DNA of 59,355 nucleotides from Trypethelium eluteriae (Eukaryota). The notes under the pieces were generated by a model. The model saw only the letters and a list, made by a program, of their open reading frames with translations. It ran no database searches and had not been told where the DNA came from. How positions within the stretch are numbered: position 1 is the stretch's first letter; each line of letters begins with the position of its first letter. Positions 46,121 through 59,355 of this stretch are shown here, piece after piece. Location of the stretch: the NCBI GenBank assembly GCA_051942245.1, contig JAVECL010000080.1:1-59355 (forward strand), in the 5' to 3' direction. The position numbers and the translations under genes were made by a program.

Positions 46121-49100
46121 TCAAAGCTCGTCTGAGTCATAATCGTCATCTGGGAGCAATGCGCGATATCTTCGCGATGCCAGATCTTGCTCCAGGCCTC
46201 CGTCGGCATCCGCGTCAACGAAACCTATTGGTCGCGTTAGTTAGACGTCTCCTCGATTATCTGAGGAATCAAATGAGCTTACCTTCACCACCAAAGAGAC
46301 TCAACACCACCGGCAGGAAAATGAGCGCATGAATGGCCGCAAACACCACCAATGCCAACCACACCCTGAAATAATACACCTCGAAAATCTTGCTCCTTGT
46401 AAATGCCAATACGCACACCCCCAACAACTTTGTAATCGTGATCCCACTAAACACACTCCCCCCCACATTCACCAGACTTGCCCACGCCCTTGCATCCTTC
46501 CCACGATAATTCCCACTCCTCGCTCGCTCCAGGATCGTAGGCGAGGGAAACGCAAACGCCCGCGCAATATGCGCACAGAACTCCACCCCGATCCCGACAC
46601 TGATGATCAAGTTCACGAGCGAGACAGGATTCAGCGAGACATTGAACAGCGCCATCGCGCCAATAATATCCGCCAGCGTCATCGCCACCGTGACCGTCAC
46701 AATCAGCCCCGTACGCAGCGACCCCAGCAATACCGTCGTCAGCACGAGAATGATAGCGAGCGCAGACCCGATAAGGGCGCCCGCAAGCTGTTCGATGGTG
46801 GCGTAGGGATCGAAGAAGATGTAGAATTTGGAGTAGGGGAAGACGTCGACGCCGGTGCGGTCCGCCATCTCGGACGCGATGCGTCGCGCGGCGGCGTACG
46901 CGGAGATGAAGTCGTCTTGGCTGCGCAGCGGGGTGTGATAGGTGCGGAAGTGGGAGGCGGGGATGGTGACGTGCTGCGGGTCGATGACGAGGGCGTTGCT
47001 GTAGGAGGCGCGGCCGCCGAGGGGGCAGTCGTCGTCGGTGGGCGATTGCACCCATTTCTCGAGGTAGTGGATGAATTCGCTGCCTTCGGGCATGCCGGAG
47101 AGGGTGATGTTCCAGGGGGGATCGCGGCCGTCGAAGCATTTCTGCGAGCCTTCGAAGCAGCAGTCGAGGCTTGGGTTGAGCCAGCGGAAGAAATCGTCGA
47201 GCCAGTTGGCGGAGGCGTCGGCGATGTACGAGACGTTTGGTCTCTTGCGTTCTTCTTCTAGAACGTTGGCTATCGAGAACTCGTCGCAGGTCGAAAAACG
47301 GCTGCAAAGTTGCTGCTGGTGTTCTCGTTGCGTAACGTTGACTTCTCTCGTCACGAAATAAACGGGAGGTCCAGAGTCGAAGTACGCATAGAGGTCGTTG
47401 AAGTAATCGATGAGATAAGAATCGTTCGGAACAGCAATCCTTTGATCCAAGCCAAGTTTAAGCTCTGGCAAAAGTGCTAACCCAGCAGCGAAGAGCGCAA
47501 GGAACAAGGTGATAATTGTGACCTTGGTTTTCTTTCCGAGTAGAGCAGGGGCATATGTTTTACGAATGAACCGCTGAACGGTACCCTCTTCGTCAACGCC
47601 GTATGTCACGCCGCCATTCATTCCAGATGAATCTGCACGTTTGACACGAATGAAGGGAATACAGTCCATACGGCTGGCCTCCACTCGCTGCTGGTTGAGA
47701 GCGAGTACAGCGATGAATAGAGTGACTTGAAGAAGAGCATTGATAACCACAGCGCCAGCCGCATAAGCAGCGAAGTTTCGTACAGCAGGCATGCCAACGG
47801 CTGCACCTAACGCAAACGCTGCTGTCTCCGTCAAGGCCGAAAGCAGGATACTTGGGCCAATTCGCCCTAGGGCCTTCGCCATACGATCAGAGACGGGAAG
47901 ATCAGGATGACTGACATTTGCCCTTTCGAACTCGTGAACAATGAGGAAGATGTTGTCGACACCCACCGCCAAGATCAGGAACGGAATGACTTCTGCGATA
48001 ATGAGGGTGATTTTGATTCCTGCTGCTGAGAACAGACCCACAGAAGCAGAAACCGACATGAGCACGATGAGAATACCGACCACGCCAAGCATGAATTTAG
48101 ACTGAACGAGGGCATTTGATGGGTTCCTGAGGATAGCACCAGCGGCAAGGGTTGTTGATCCAAGGGCCAGCGAAGCATAGATAAACATGATAATGTAGCT
48201 GATAACTATGATCTTGGCATCTGTATTGGAAGATTTACTCAGCTCCTTGGTAAGGCTAGCCTCGGTGTTGAAAGAGACGCGGAGTCCCCTCTCTCTGGCT
48301 TCGACTTGCACTGCTTGCATCAGGCTTATCATACTCTCTTCCCAGTCCACGGCACGCTCGAACTCTGGGGTACCCTCGGCATGGTTATTGACCACCCAGG
48401 TCACGATGAGAGCTTCAGCATCAAGTTCAGTCTCGTTCCAGCCACCTAAGATTAGATTCGGTTTAAGAGGCTGTTCAAAGTCAGGTCGGCACTCAACTGG
48501 CTCATCGAGACAGGTGCGGAGGTGATCCTTCCAGTCGGATGCATCAAGACCGTAATTATCGTAATACCCGGAAACTGACTGAACGACACAAGCATCGCCG
48601 GTAGGCTTGAAGCAAACATCGTCAAATGTCACCCCTCCTTGTATTGACATGAGACGTTTAACTCGAGCTTCAACTTCGAACCACCACTGTAGGGTATCGT
48701 AGCTCAGGACAGGCCCAGCACCACCTGGGTGCGTATCATTGACCAGAAATGCTTGTTCCGCTCTGAAGAACGGGCCAAAGTTGTCGTCAAAGAAGGCCTT
48801 CTCTTGTGCCGGGTCAGAATCGGGTGCAACCCATAACCGGACTGGATCTGTTTCTACTTGAAAATTAATCCAGCCCAAGCTGAGCAATATCACAACAACG
48901 ATGCTGCTGCTGATTGTTAAAGCTGGGAATCTAGCACAGGTGTTTCCTAGCTTGCTGAAGCCTTTGTCAAGCAAATTATTTAGCGGGTATTGCTTTTGAG
49001 GTTTTTCCATCATGCCAGCATTTCGCACTACATCACCCTCATCTTCTTCGTCGTCGCTTGGCGCAGTATCCTGAAGCAGTCGTAGCCGCTCGTTCTTGCT

Positions 49101-49994
49101 CTGTGCGTGCTGTTGATAGGCAACATGACCGGTAATTGCGGTGACGAGAAGCAGAAGGAAAACGGAGTAGACAACAATGACGGCGAACGATAAGCAGTGT
49201 AGACGACCAACAGTGCACTGCTCTGCATCCTGCACTTCAGGGAGATTTGGGCAGGAGGCTGCGCAGTCAACGCAGGCGCAGCGAAAGTTTTCGTTGGTGT
49301 CGTTACAAGCTTTTGCCGTTCTACCGGCAGGTACAATTCCTGGAAGTTCAGCCTTATTTGGCCTGGGAAAATTCATCTGAAATGGGCTACCGCCGATACG
49401 TTTTTGTCCGAGAAACTTGAGAAAATCTGTAAAGTTCTTTGCGCCGCCGCCGATAAGATCCATCGCCCGACTATTTGTTGGTCCGAATTTGACATCTTTG
49501 CAGCTCTCATAAAAGCCCTTTCCATATTTGTTGGACCAAACATTGTCCAGTTCAGTGACGAGGAGTTTGTCGTTCTTTTCGACTGTATCGGAAACGTTGA
49601 CGAAGAGTGATTGGTCTGGAGAGCATGTAAAGGTACAGAAAAGATTGAAAAAGTTCTCTTGACATGCTGGGCAAGCCCCGATAATGGATTCCGCTCGCTT
49701 CAAGTTCGTTTCCAGAGCGTCCAGCTGCTCTTCTTTACAACAGACCTTTGAGTCGGACCACTTGTCCCCGCAAATGCTTACCAGCTTCTTGCGCACATCT
49801 GCACTGGGAGATTCTGCTAGATCATTGTCTGGACATGGAAGCTCCGAGCCAAAGAAACTTTGGCTTCCACAGTGCCCTCTGATTGCACACCTGCCCGCTT
49901 CATGTATTTTTGTCAACCCGTCATCTGCCGCGTTGCTAAGTGATAAAATAGAGGAAGCCGCAAGTATATGCCATATCTTTAGGAGCGTGTACAT
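46121..49994 (-). CDS. NCR1: Niemann-Pick C1-like sterol transporter Ncr1; intron 46225-46282
   Basis: Cys-rich N-terminal domain (CPACQENFFNLFCTFTCSPDQS), ETDPVRLW, sterol-sensing domain EVIPFLILAVGVDNIF, GIGVEFCAH and GSVFSGITITKLLG. Confidence 0.96.
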
Positions 49995-50929
49995 GCTCTT
50001 TCGGGGTATAAGCGAGCTATTTTGGTACGTTGCGTCCTTCGAACGGGACTTTGCGACGGCGATAATGGCCTGCCTCGCTCTCAGGATCGTGGAAGTAGAC
50101 GACGGACAGCTAAAGTGCGGAGGATTGAGTTTGAATATTTAGAGAAATGGGGGTGGCTAAGCTTATGCTGAGAAGCAAGGCTGAGATGCTAATGTACAGA
50201 GTCTCTCGTTGAGCCTAGCGAGTTCTTTGTAACTAGAGACGAGAGGTGTAGCAACTAGGTGAGAGTTGCCGTGGGTCTTTGAATGACCTGCACCCTTCCA
50301 AACGAAGGACTCAAGGAAGTTCTGAGATGCGCGAGAACAGAAATGAGATTCGTAGAAGCGCAGTATAGAAATAGCTGTAGCCTTCCGTCTCATCTACCTG
50401 TTCGCAGTCACGCGTGGACGTGACGTAGACGGCGATCGCCACCTGTAGCTTCTACACCGCCTGCGCTCTCCCGCCACCCATCCACATTCTGCCAGCAGTC
50501 CCTTACATATTAAGTAGGTACGAAATAGGTACCTGTTAATCCTGCTCAGTCAAGCGTTAGTTTTCAGATATTCGCAAGGGCATATGCAACTTTTGGGATT
50601 TCTCAACTAAAGTACACGATCTAATATGCATCTGCTTCTGAATCGAAAAGACTGATCTACACTATGGCTGCTGATTGCAGGACGAAGGAAGCGCCGAAAG
50701 GAAATAGTGTGAGCCACGGTATGTGATAGAAATAGCAAAGACCAGATGCGCCAGCGAATATCTTCCCTTCAGCCTTCCTCGCAGACCCTAGGGCCGATAC
50801 TACCATCTCGAAAGTATTGCAGAATTAGTATGAACTTCGCTGCCACGCTCGGCAGTCCGTTCGAAAAGACGCCAGCCGCTGCCGCGATGCTGATTGGCGA
50901 CAACAAAGCAATGGGAAAGCACCATCACC

Positions 50930-53282
50930 TTACCACTGCCCAGATTCACCAGAGGCCTTCTCTCCATCACCGCCAGATGTCGCAGGAGCGTTGTCCTGTT
51001 TCCCAGGACCTCCACGTCCTCTGCCGCGTCCTCTATCGCCACCTCTTCCCCTTCCACCCCTACCGCCCCTCCCACCTCGTTGCCCTTCACTATCGCTCCG
51101 CCCCGTTTCTCCACCGCTCCTGTAGCCTTGCTCGCCACCGCCCCTTCCACCTCGAGCACCACCTCCGTATCCACCTCGTCCACCGAAGTGTCGCTGATCC
51201 ATGTATTCGCGGAGAGACTGCTTCGGATATTTGCCACCCTTGTCTGCGCCTTTCTCCAGAATGGCCTTCATCTCTTCGGGCGAAGAGAAGTGTACTACGG
51301 TGTAGTTGGTGTTGGAGCGGCGGTCGATGCGCTGGATCTTAGGTCGATCGGCTTCGTGGAACACGAGTTTGGCTTCTTCAGAATCTGTGATACCTCCAAG
51401 GAAAATAGCAGACGAGGGCTTCCGTTCAGGTTCGGGTGCGGACGGCGTTGAAACAGGTGTTGGTTTCTGGGTTTCAGTCGTCGGGGTGGGAGCAGTGCCA
51501 TTGGGTTTTGTATCCGCCGTGGCGTTCGTGGGAGCGGGCTGAGGTGTCGTGGGTTTCTGTGCTGCTGGTGAAGCCTGAGGCGCGGGCGATGGACCTCCTG
51601 GACGGACTGGTGTTGGGCCGGCTTGTCGCTGCTGGTTAGTCGAAGCAGGCTGTTGATTCACAGCGGGTGTAGCGGCCTGGGGAGGTGCACGAGATTGCTG
51701 GACTTGGTTGACTGGCACGGGAACAGGTGCACCAGGTGTTCGCGGCTGTGCCGGTGGTGCTGCTTGTGATGGCGTAGGCAAAGTTCCACCAGTAGGTGCA
51801 GGACTGCTCGTGGCCGGTCCTGTGGGGGCACCTTGCGGCTTTGGTGCTGCAGGGCCTTTGCCGGTTCGATGCGCAAAATTGAATCCTTGAGCCCTCATCT
51901 CCGTTCCGATCCGTCCGGCTTCAATGTCGAGGACAAGCCAGCCAAAGGCAGCATCTGCTAAGTTGAAGTTCCACATATTTTTGAAAGCGCTCTCGTCAAC
52001 TTGACCCCCATTGGGTGCACTAGCTCCACCTCCGAAAGGATTTCCGCCGTTCGCAACGCTTGGCATTCTGTCTACCACTTCAGTGGCATAGTTGAGAAGT
52101 CGTTTTTGCAGCTCGTTCTGCTCAACAGCCGGTTCAACTTCACCCTTCACTGTTTCCCAGACGTCGTTGAAGGAAGCTTTTGATGCAGCGAGCTTGCCCC
52201 GGTAGTGATCTAGCGAGGGATTGACACTGAACTCGTTGTACGAGCTGCCATAGCGGAAATGCAAGCCAGCAGAGATAGAGAAATCCGATTTAAGGATGAC
52301 TGAGAGTTGGTTCAGAAGCCCTTCTCGCGCAGGAGATGCATGTGTGACAAACACGCGTGTCTCGGTCGGGTCATAGACACGGTTTGCGGTATCCACGAGC
52401 TCTCCCATCTGTAGCAGAGTTGTCCACATTGTTCCCTGTCCTCCAGCTATTGTTGTACGGCCCTCTCCATTGTCGAAAAGCTTGTGCATCACAACGGCGC
52501 CGCCAAGTCCGAGAAGGCGCAATTTGATGCCTCCAACCTCAAGCAACCTAGAGTTTGCTTCGTCGATGATATTGAGGTTTGGCACTTTGTGCTCTCCAGA
52601 TCGAAGCTTCTCTAGCACCTTGACATCTTCGCATGCGCCCCACACAGCGTAGACGGGTACTTCCAACCTGTAGGTGCCATTTAGGAATAGAGGAAGTTCA
52701 GAGAGTGGGAGACGTTCGGCTGCAAAACGATCCTTGATTGAATGCTGAGGGAGAGTCCTGGAAATCTCATTCTTGATATGTTCAGGAAGGAGCGGTGAAT
52801 ATTGCGCGACGTGCTTGAGAGTTCTGTTGAGCCAAAATTAGTCTGCACTGTCATATCTCAAAATTCTGCGACGATATGCACATACTTCTCTGCTATGCTA
52901 TCAAGTGAACGGTCATCGTAGAAGCCGAAATCTCCGGTATGAATCACGTAGTCGGCCTTGGCTTGTTTCGCGAGATGGTTTAGGGATTGGAGATTGCCTG
53001 TTCCAAGTCAGCTAGCTTCAGAGAATTTCACGAGTGAAGTCGATGAGGTATGCTGACCTCTGACATCGGCAATACAAAGGACCCTTGCGCCGCCGTTCTG
53101 AATGACTCGTCCTTGATTCGGAAGTAGAGGTTGTGCTCCAGGAACTGGACCACTAGGCGTGGCACCATTTGGTAAGTAGGCCTGACTATATGCTCGGGGT
53201 TGATTCGGAGCTTGCTATAAAGATGTTAGATGGGGGAAATTGTCGTATTTATGAAGCAAGATCCTTCGCTTACAGTAGCCAT
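50930..53282 (-). CDS. Conserved fungal metallophosphoesterase-like (DUF2433) protein with Pro/Gln-rich linker, RRM-like segment and RGG tail; three 5' introns
   Basis: Spliced N-terminus MAT/QAPNQP...RVLCIADVRGN...VIHTGDFGFYD; YAVWGACED, THASPAREG and SAGLHFRYGSSYNEF; RGG repeats at the C-terminus. Confidence 0.82.
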
Positions 53283-55279
53283 GGACACTGAAAATTTGTG
53301 GGAGCTGGCAACGGTCTGAAAAGCGGGAGCAAAAGTATTAGATGAGCGGCACAGGGGTTCAACAGTGCGCAAGAGAGATTGGGTGAATGATAGCCGCAGT
53401 TGTGAGATTCCAACGCGTGAGGATGAGGCGAAGAGGGTGGGAGAAGCAGAAAATGTGCACGTTCAGAAGCTGTCCGAGTTGTATCATCAGATTCAGAAGG
53501 GGTCGCGGCGCTGGTTGGCGCCCTTTCGGGCTTAGTAGGTCTTGGCATCAACAGTGCTACTACCTAGGCGGCGCCCCAGAGTGCCACGATTGTCCGGATC
53601 TTACATCAATCACTCGCTCCGGCGCACGCGACCAAATCCAGAGCTATGGTATTGTGACTCTTTCTATTCGGATGAGTTACGATATTCTCTAGGCTACAAT
53701 TTTTCTGTTGTCAATACACCCATCTAGCACGAGGACTGTCTTACAGAACTGTAGTTACTAATGTTGACTACCTGGTAAGTACCTTGGGCTGGATAAGCAT
53801 GGCAATTTATCATCGTTTTCATTGATTCCATTTTCTTACGTGCAACGAGAAAGACCCCAGTAATTTTGTCGCATGCTTTGCTTGATCAGAGCAATATTTA
53901 AAATGATTGGGTTGTAGCAATGTAGCTGAAGGGACGCATCTGACTTGCAGGCGTTTTCAGATTCGCAGCCTCCAGTCGTCCTTTTCAGTGCTTCATGCCA
54001 GCGCTTCTACCATCACAGCTGGTAATCTTCTTAATCAGCTGTTCCCTCTGTCCCTAGCCAAGTTTCTTGGTCCTCGAACGTGGTCGACCGTGCAAAAATT
54101 CTCGCTCTAAAAATGGAGTGCGCTGTTCTGAAAAAGATGGATTCTGCTGAGTGGTCCACCGTGCACAATGCAGACTGCTTCGGATAGCAGCAAATCGCTA
54201 CCAGAGCACATTCTGGATAGCATGGTCAGCAGAAATTGCGAAGTTGCGACTGAAGCTTGGTTGAACATCTTTGCTTAGCTATCCTGGAGATACAATCGCA
54301 GATACAATCGTGGACTGGCTGTTCTTACTGGATTCGATGGGTGGAAAGCTTTGCCTTCACATTGAAGGGTACGATTGCCTTCCTTCGCATTGTTCTCCAT
54401 CGCTTTTTTTCTTGCTATATTAGGGCACAAGTAATTTCGTCTGTGATCAAGTAGTAATTGTTTAGTCATTAGCAAGTCAGACAGGTAGCCAATTCAATAC
54501 GAGAGAAGTTTGCTCAAGTATCATTCACTATCTGGAGGCCGCCCGATTCAATTGGCGCCCCCGTATTCGATTGAAAGCCAGAGGCCGCACCAGTTTACAC
54601 ATCCCGTCTACCTGCCTGCCCGGCACGTGAAGGTGCCTTCTCCGATTAAAACAGGCAGCAGCTTAACGTGGATATCAATCTTCTGCACCTCTCAGGCATC
54701 AGTTCTGGACTGAAGCTGATTCTCGTTGGCACGATCCGCTCTCTTCTGCAAATTCCTCCTTATTCATCGAGTGGTATTTAGGCGATTTAGGCGTGGAAAC
54801 GCACTAGAATGTTCGAGGGCGTATGACCGAGCTCCGACGCAGAGCCACTCAAGTCTTCGAATTCGTCGGCCACAATTTTCCATCCACCCTCTCTTCTACC
54901 TTCTCACTCACTATTGCTCAATCGATATACACACCTCTTCCGCACCTTTCTGCATGCCGCACGCTACTCCAAGAGACTATACATCTGCCATAATGGTCTG
55001 ACTTCTCAGGATTCCGTTGTGGATTGCACTTAAATTCTTAAGCACAACTACTAGGATCGTCCAGATCCTCACGCACTGCTTCCAGTCTTTGCGGGCGTTT
55101 CAAACTTCCTATCGGGTAAGCTAGGTGATATGAAGGATGTCTTCATGTCAGCTGACTCAATTCCCTATTCAGCCCATGCTAACATTCAAGTTCAAGCAGG
55201 CCTTTCGTAAAACCACCTGTCAATCGCTCCTCCAATTTCTTCTCATCCCATCATTGAACCAGAACGAAGCCTCAACAAC

Positions 55280-58200
55280 ATGGCTACGGATAGTGCTACA
55301 GAAGATGGCGGCTCCGGCTCTCAAAATCTGACGCCTGCCCAGCAATTGATGGAGCAACATGCAACAGAAAGCGCCCATCGCCCAACAGTAGAAGATACAG
55401 TAGACGAAGAAGATATTCTGCATCCGCCTCCTTCCGCAACCCATGATGGTCCCGCGCCGCAAACCACAGCAGAACCTCTTTCCGCCAAAGCAGCTGGCAA
55501 ACAAAAGGCTCGGGACAACGCGAATGAGCCTACCCTAAACACGCAGTCGGAAGAAGCGTTTCCCGCCCTTGGAACTCCGTCAGCTCGAAGTCAAGCATCA
55601 ACCGGTTCTGCCTGGGCCAAAAAGCCCGCTGTTGCTAAATTTGCTCCAAATGGTGTCGCGCATGGCCTCAATGGATCACCCTCGCCCCTGAACGGCTCTT
55701 CACGTGCGTCGACTCCTGCATCGGGTGTAACTCCTCCGGCCTCTACAATCGCTTCTAACATTGGCTTTCGTGGAGGCTCTGTCCCGAAGATGAATATTCC
55801 TGGTCGCCACACCGAGCGACTTGAGTTTGCGCCAAGTCAGCTCACACCTCGAAACCAACTGAAGAGGCCTGTGCCGGATATTCTTCGCGAGATCAATCGA
55901 AGATCCAAGGCCAAAGTTGAAATGAAGACTGGTCCTATGGGTACCTACATTTTCGAGGCTCAGGGACCAAATCAGGATGTTGTTCAACAAGCTTTGAAGG
56001 AAGTCGCTAATCAGCTTGGATCGAAAGTACATCTTCTTTATACTGCGCTTGTTTTAGTATCACTAATTCTTTCTAGCAATCTATCAAAGTCGCCGTTCCA
56101 GCTTCGTGTCTTTCTCACGTCATCGGCAAGGCAGGCACAACGATACAGGGCATCCAAAAGAAGTCTGGAGCACGTGTACATGTTCCACGCATCGAGAAAA
56201 CCGGGGTGCCCGCCGAAGAAGACGATAGTGCAACTATTGATATTGAAGTAGAAGGAGACCCAGTAGCCGCTGCTCTGGCTCGTCAGGAAATTGAGAATAT
56301 TGTCAACGAGCGTACTTCTACTGTCAACCTCCGACTTCGGGAGATACCTCCAGAATACTATCCCTTCCTTGCCGGCGCACACAATTCCAGACTCAACAAC
56401 TTCAAGCAGGATCGTGACATAGAAATGCAGATCCCGCATTACCATACATGGAATACCCAAGCTCCTCCTCCCGCATTGTCCGAGGATAACAGGCCACAAT
56501 TCGCACCTCAAGCAGGGTTGCCAATTCACATTTCGGGAGATCGTGTGGCTGCCATGCAAGCCAGGGCAGAACTCGAACAAGAAGTGGAGAAGTTACGACG
56601 ACAGCTTAGCCTTTACCCCTTCCCCATGGACCGCGGCAGGCACCAAGTTATCTTTGGAGATCGTAGCGGCTCACTGCACGACTTTCTTGAAGAGACTGGT
56701 TGCACTGTGATACTACCTCCTGACTCGTCGGATAGGGAAGAGCTGATGATCATTGGACCTCCCGACAGACTCGAGCAAGCCAAACAAAAATTATTAGAAC
56801 TTGCAGCCAGCATGCACGAAGCTAGTGTAGATGTTTCCAGGCATCATCCAAATGCACCTATGGGAGCGCAAGCACATGCGCGGAATGTTTCACGCTACCT
56901 CCAGCAGCGACAGGCTCTTCAGGAGCTCGAACAGTTGCATAACGCTCGCATTGTAATGCCGACAAGCCAGAACGCGCCACCTGCATGGAATATATATGCG
57001 AGAGACGGAATGAATAGCATGCGAGCGCGAACAGATATAGCGAATCTCCTCAGCGCTCATCCTCCAACTCGCCTAAGAACTGTTGATGTCGACCCCTTTT
57101 TCCACGCGCATCTACAACAACAAGCTGCTCAACAAATCAGAGATGAGTTCGGTGTACATGTCGTGGTTCCAGATGATGTGGAAGATTTCCCTGATGTCTT
57201 ACTTGTCTACGAGGGGCCTATGGCTCAGTCAGACTACGAAATCCCAAGGAAACAGCCGACTGGCGCAGAAATCCGGATTTTCGAACGCACTTTGCATGAG
57301 GCTCAAGAGCATCTCCTCGAACTGCTCAGTGGTCATGGTGAAATAGTCTCCAGACAAGTGGAGGCTCCACAGAAGTTTCATGACAAGATTCGTCGGTATG
57401 TTGACAGAGAACAATCCAGCTTGCCGTCTGGAGCTATCCCAATTCAGACGGAAATAGGCTCCCGGGGACTGCAAGGATCTGGCTCAGACATCTTCGCGAT
57501 TCGAGGACCTCAAGATGCAGCCGCAACCCTCGAAGCAAAGATCCTCGAATTCATTGAGCAAGAGAAGCGGGATGAGCTCGAACGAGGGTATACGACGTCC
57601 TGCAGCTTCCCGCAGAAATTTGCGAACATCCTTATTGGCAAGAAGGGTGAAAATATCAATAGACTTCGAGAAGAGTTTGATGTTGACATCCAGCTCAACG
57701 AAGGCACTGTCGAGGTCAAAGGGCCTAAAGCAAAGGCCGACGCGTGCAAGGCGCACATCATTGCAATGGGGAAAAAGCTCGAAGATGAGGCAACACACAT
57801 TATCAAGGTTCAACCACAATATCATCGCGATCTCATAGGTGCTGGAGGTAGCCAAGTCAATCGTCTACAGGAAAGATACAATGTCCGCGTCAACTTCCCG
57901 CGGTCTGCTCGAGCTGCAGAAGACGACCAACTTGCCGAGGAGAATGTGCCCAGGCGATCTAATCAGCAGCCAGATGAGGTCATAATCAAAGGCCCCAAGA
58001 AAGGAGCTGATGAAGCCAGAGAAGAACTCCTTAGCCTTCTCCAATGGACCGTTGACAACTCTCAGACAGCGACCGTCTCCGTGGCTCACGACCAAATCCC
58101 ATCCCTCATTGGATCCGGTGGTCGTGAGATGGAGAATTTGCGACTGAGTACTGGATGTCAGATCGATGTTCCTGGCGCTCGTGATGCAGTCAGTCCATCT

Positions 58201-59355
58201 GGTCGTGCAGAGATTCGTCTGAAGGGCACGAAGAAGGCTGTCCAAGAAGCCAAGCGACTGTTGGAACAGAGAGCCAAAGTCTTCGATGAGACGGTCACTC
58301 GCACCCTTGATGTACCAAAGAAGCACCATAAAGCTCTGATTGGCAGCGGTGGTAGGTCAAAGTATCTAATTAACATCACAATGTCAGACTGATCAGGTTC
58401 CAGGTGCGAACATCCGCGATATCGTTGTCAAAGCAGGTGGTTCGGATGATCGTAGAGAGCTTGCTCGCACAGTACGATTCCCACGACCGGATGCAGATGA
58501 CAATACAATCCGTGTAGAGGGCACGCAAGCTGTAGTCGAAAAAATTGTCGCCGCCATCCAAGCTCATGTCAATGAACGCGAAAACCAGGTCACCGACACT
58601 CTTGAAGTCGCACCGGAGAAGCACCGCCAACTCATTGGCCGTGGTGGAGAAACACGGCGTAACCTCGAATCCCAATTCAATGTCTCCATCGACATCCCCA
58701 GACAAGACGCCAACCGCGCCGTACGCTCTCAGATCAAACTCGCCGGCCAACCCTCTGACATCGAGAGCGCCAAATCCCACATTCTCACTCTAATCAAAGA
58801 CCAAGAAGGCGAAACCATCCAGGTGCCCCGCAACCTCCACCACGCCATCTCCGACAACGGCCAATTCTTCCGCCGCCTCCGCAACGACCACCGCGTCACC
58901 GTCGACCACAACGGCCAGCCGCTCCCCGCGAAACCCAGCATCCCGCAGCCGCGCCGCGAAAACAGCGGCGCCCTCCCCCTCATCACCGACGACCGCGCCT
59001 CCGCCGACTCCGACGCACATTTCTGGGACCTCCATGAACTGCACGCTGCCGACGCGACCGACGACGCTGACGCCTCCGCAGCAGCAGGAGCAGGAGGAGC
59101 AGGAGCAGGAGGAGCAACAATCCCCTGGACCCTCCGCGGCGCCCCCGACAACATCGCCAAGGCGCGCACCGCCCTCGACGCCGCGATCGCGTCTGCGCGC
59201 CGCCAGAGCCACGCGGGCTTCCTGATCCTGCCGGACCCGCGCTCCTACCGCCTTGTGGTGGGGCCGGGGGGCAGCACGATCAATTCGATTCGGCGGAAGA
59301 CGGGAACGCGGGTCAATGTGCCGCGGGAGCAGGCTGGGGGGGAGGCGATTGAGAT
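55280..59355 (+). CDS. SCP160: Scp160/vigilin multi-KH RNA-binding protein, 3'-partial; introns 56027-56076 and 58352-58403
   Basis: EEAFPALG motif and many KH GxxG loops (IGKAG, IGKKG, IGAGG, IGSGG, IGRGG, VGPGG); no stop before the window end; probable 5'-UTR intron ~55115-55199. Confidence 0.93.

Noticed and set aside
46329..47307. 310-aa and 286-aa ORFs overlapping NCR1
   Set aside because: Shadow ORFs caused by GC-rich codon usage; no motifs.
59078..59116. (GCAGGA)n microsatellite
   Set aside because: Encodes a simple Ala-Gly linker inside SCP160; ordinary.

Overview
Intron-containing genomic DNA of a filamentous ascomycete (Pezizomycotina-type GT-AG introns with CTRAC branch sites). 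Conserved core genes flank the window: ppc89/Cep57-like and REI1 on the left; a nucleotide-sugar/TPT-family transporter, NCR1/NPC1, a DUF2433 metallophosphoesterase-like gene and SCP160/vigilin on the right. Between them lies a ~37 kb accessory-looking block (6.2-43.4 kb). It holds a GFA protein, a kinase gene pair, an APH-family kinase with a CCHC knuckle, an ALDH, a GH92 mannosidase, a P450, a Gfd2/QIP-like exonuclease-fold protein, a 4-TM protein paired with a PPPDE-like peptidase, a TauD + UNC-93-like MFS pair and a CBM18-laccase. The best candidate for an undescribed system is the head-to-head pair at 7.4-11.9 kb. One gene is a canonical Ser/Thr kinase followed by an Rsp5-like C2 domain; the other is a HeLo-like + pseudokinase protein. 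The pair resembles the RIPK3-MLKL cell-death module, possibly with an integrated decoy. Each partner carries one disabling lesion in this sequence. All family assignments come from motif recognition by eye; no searches were run.
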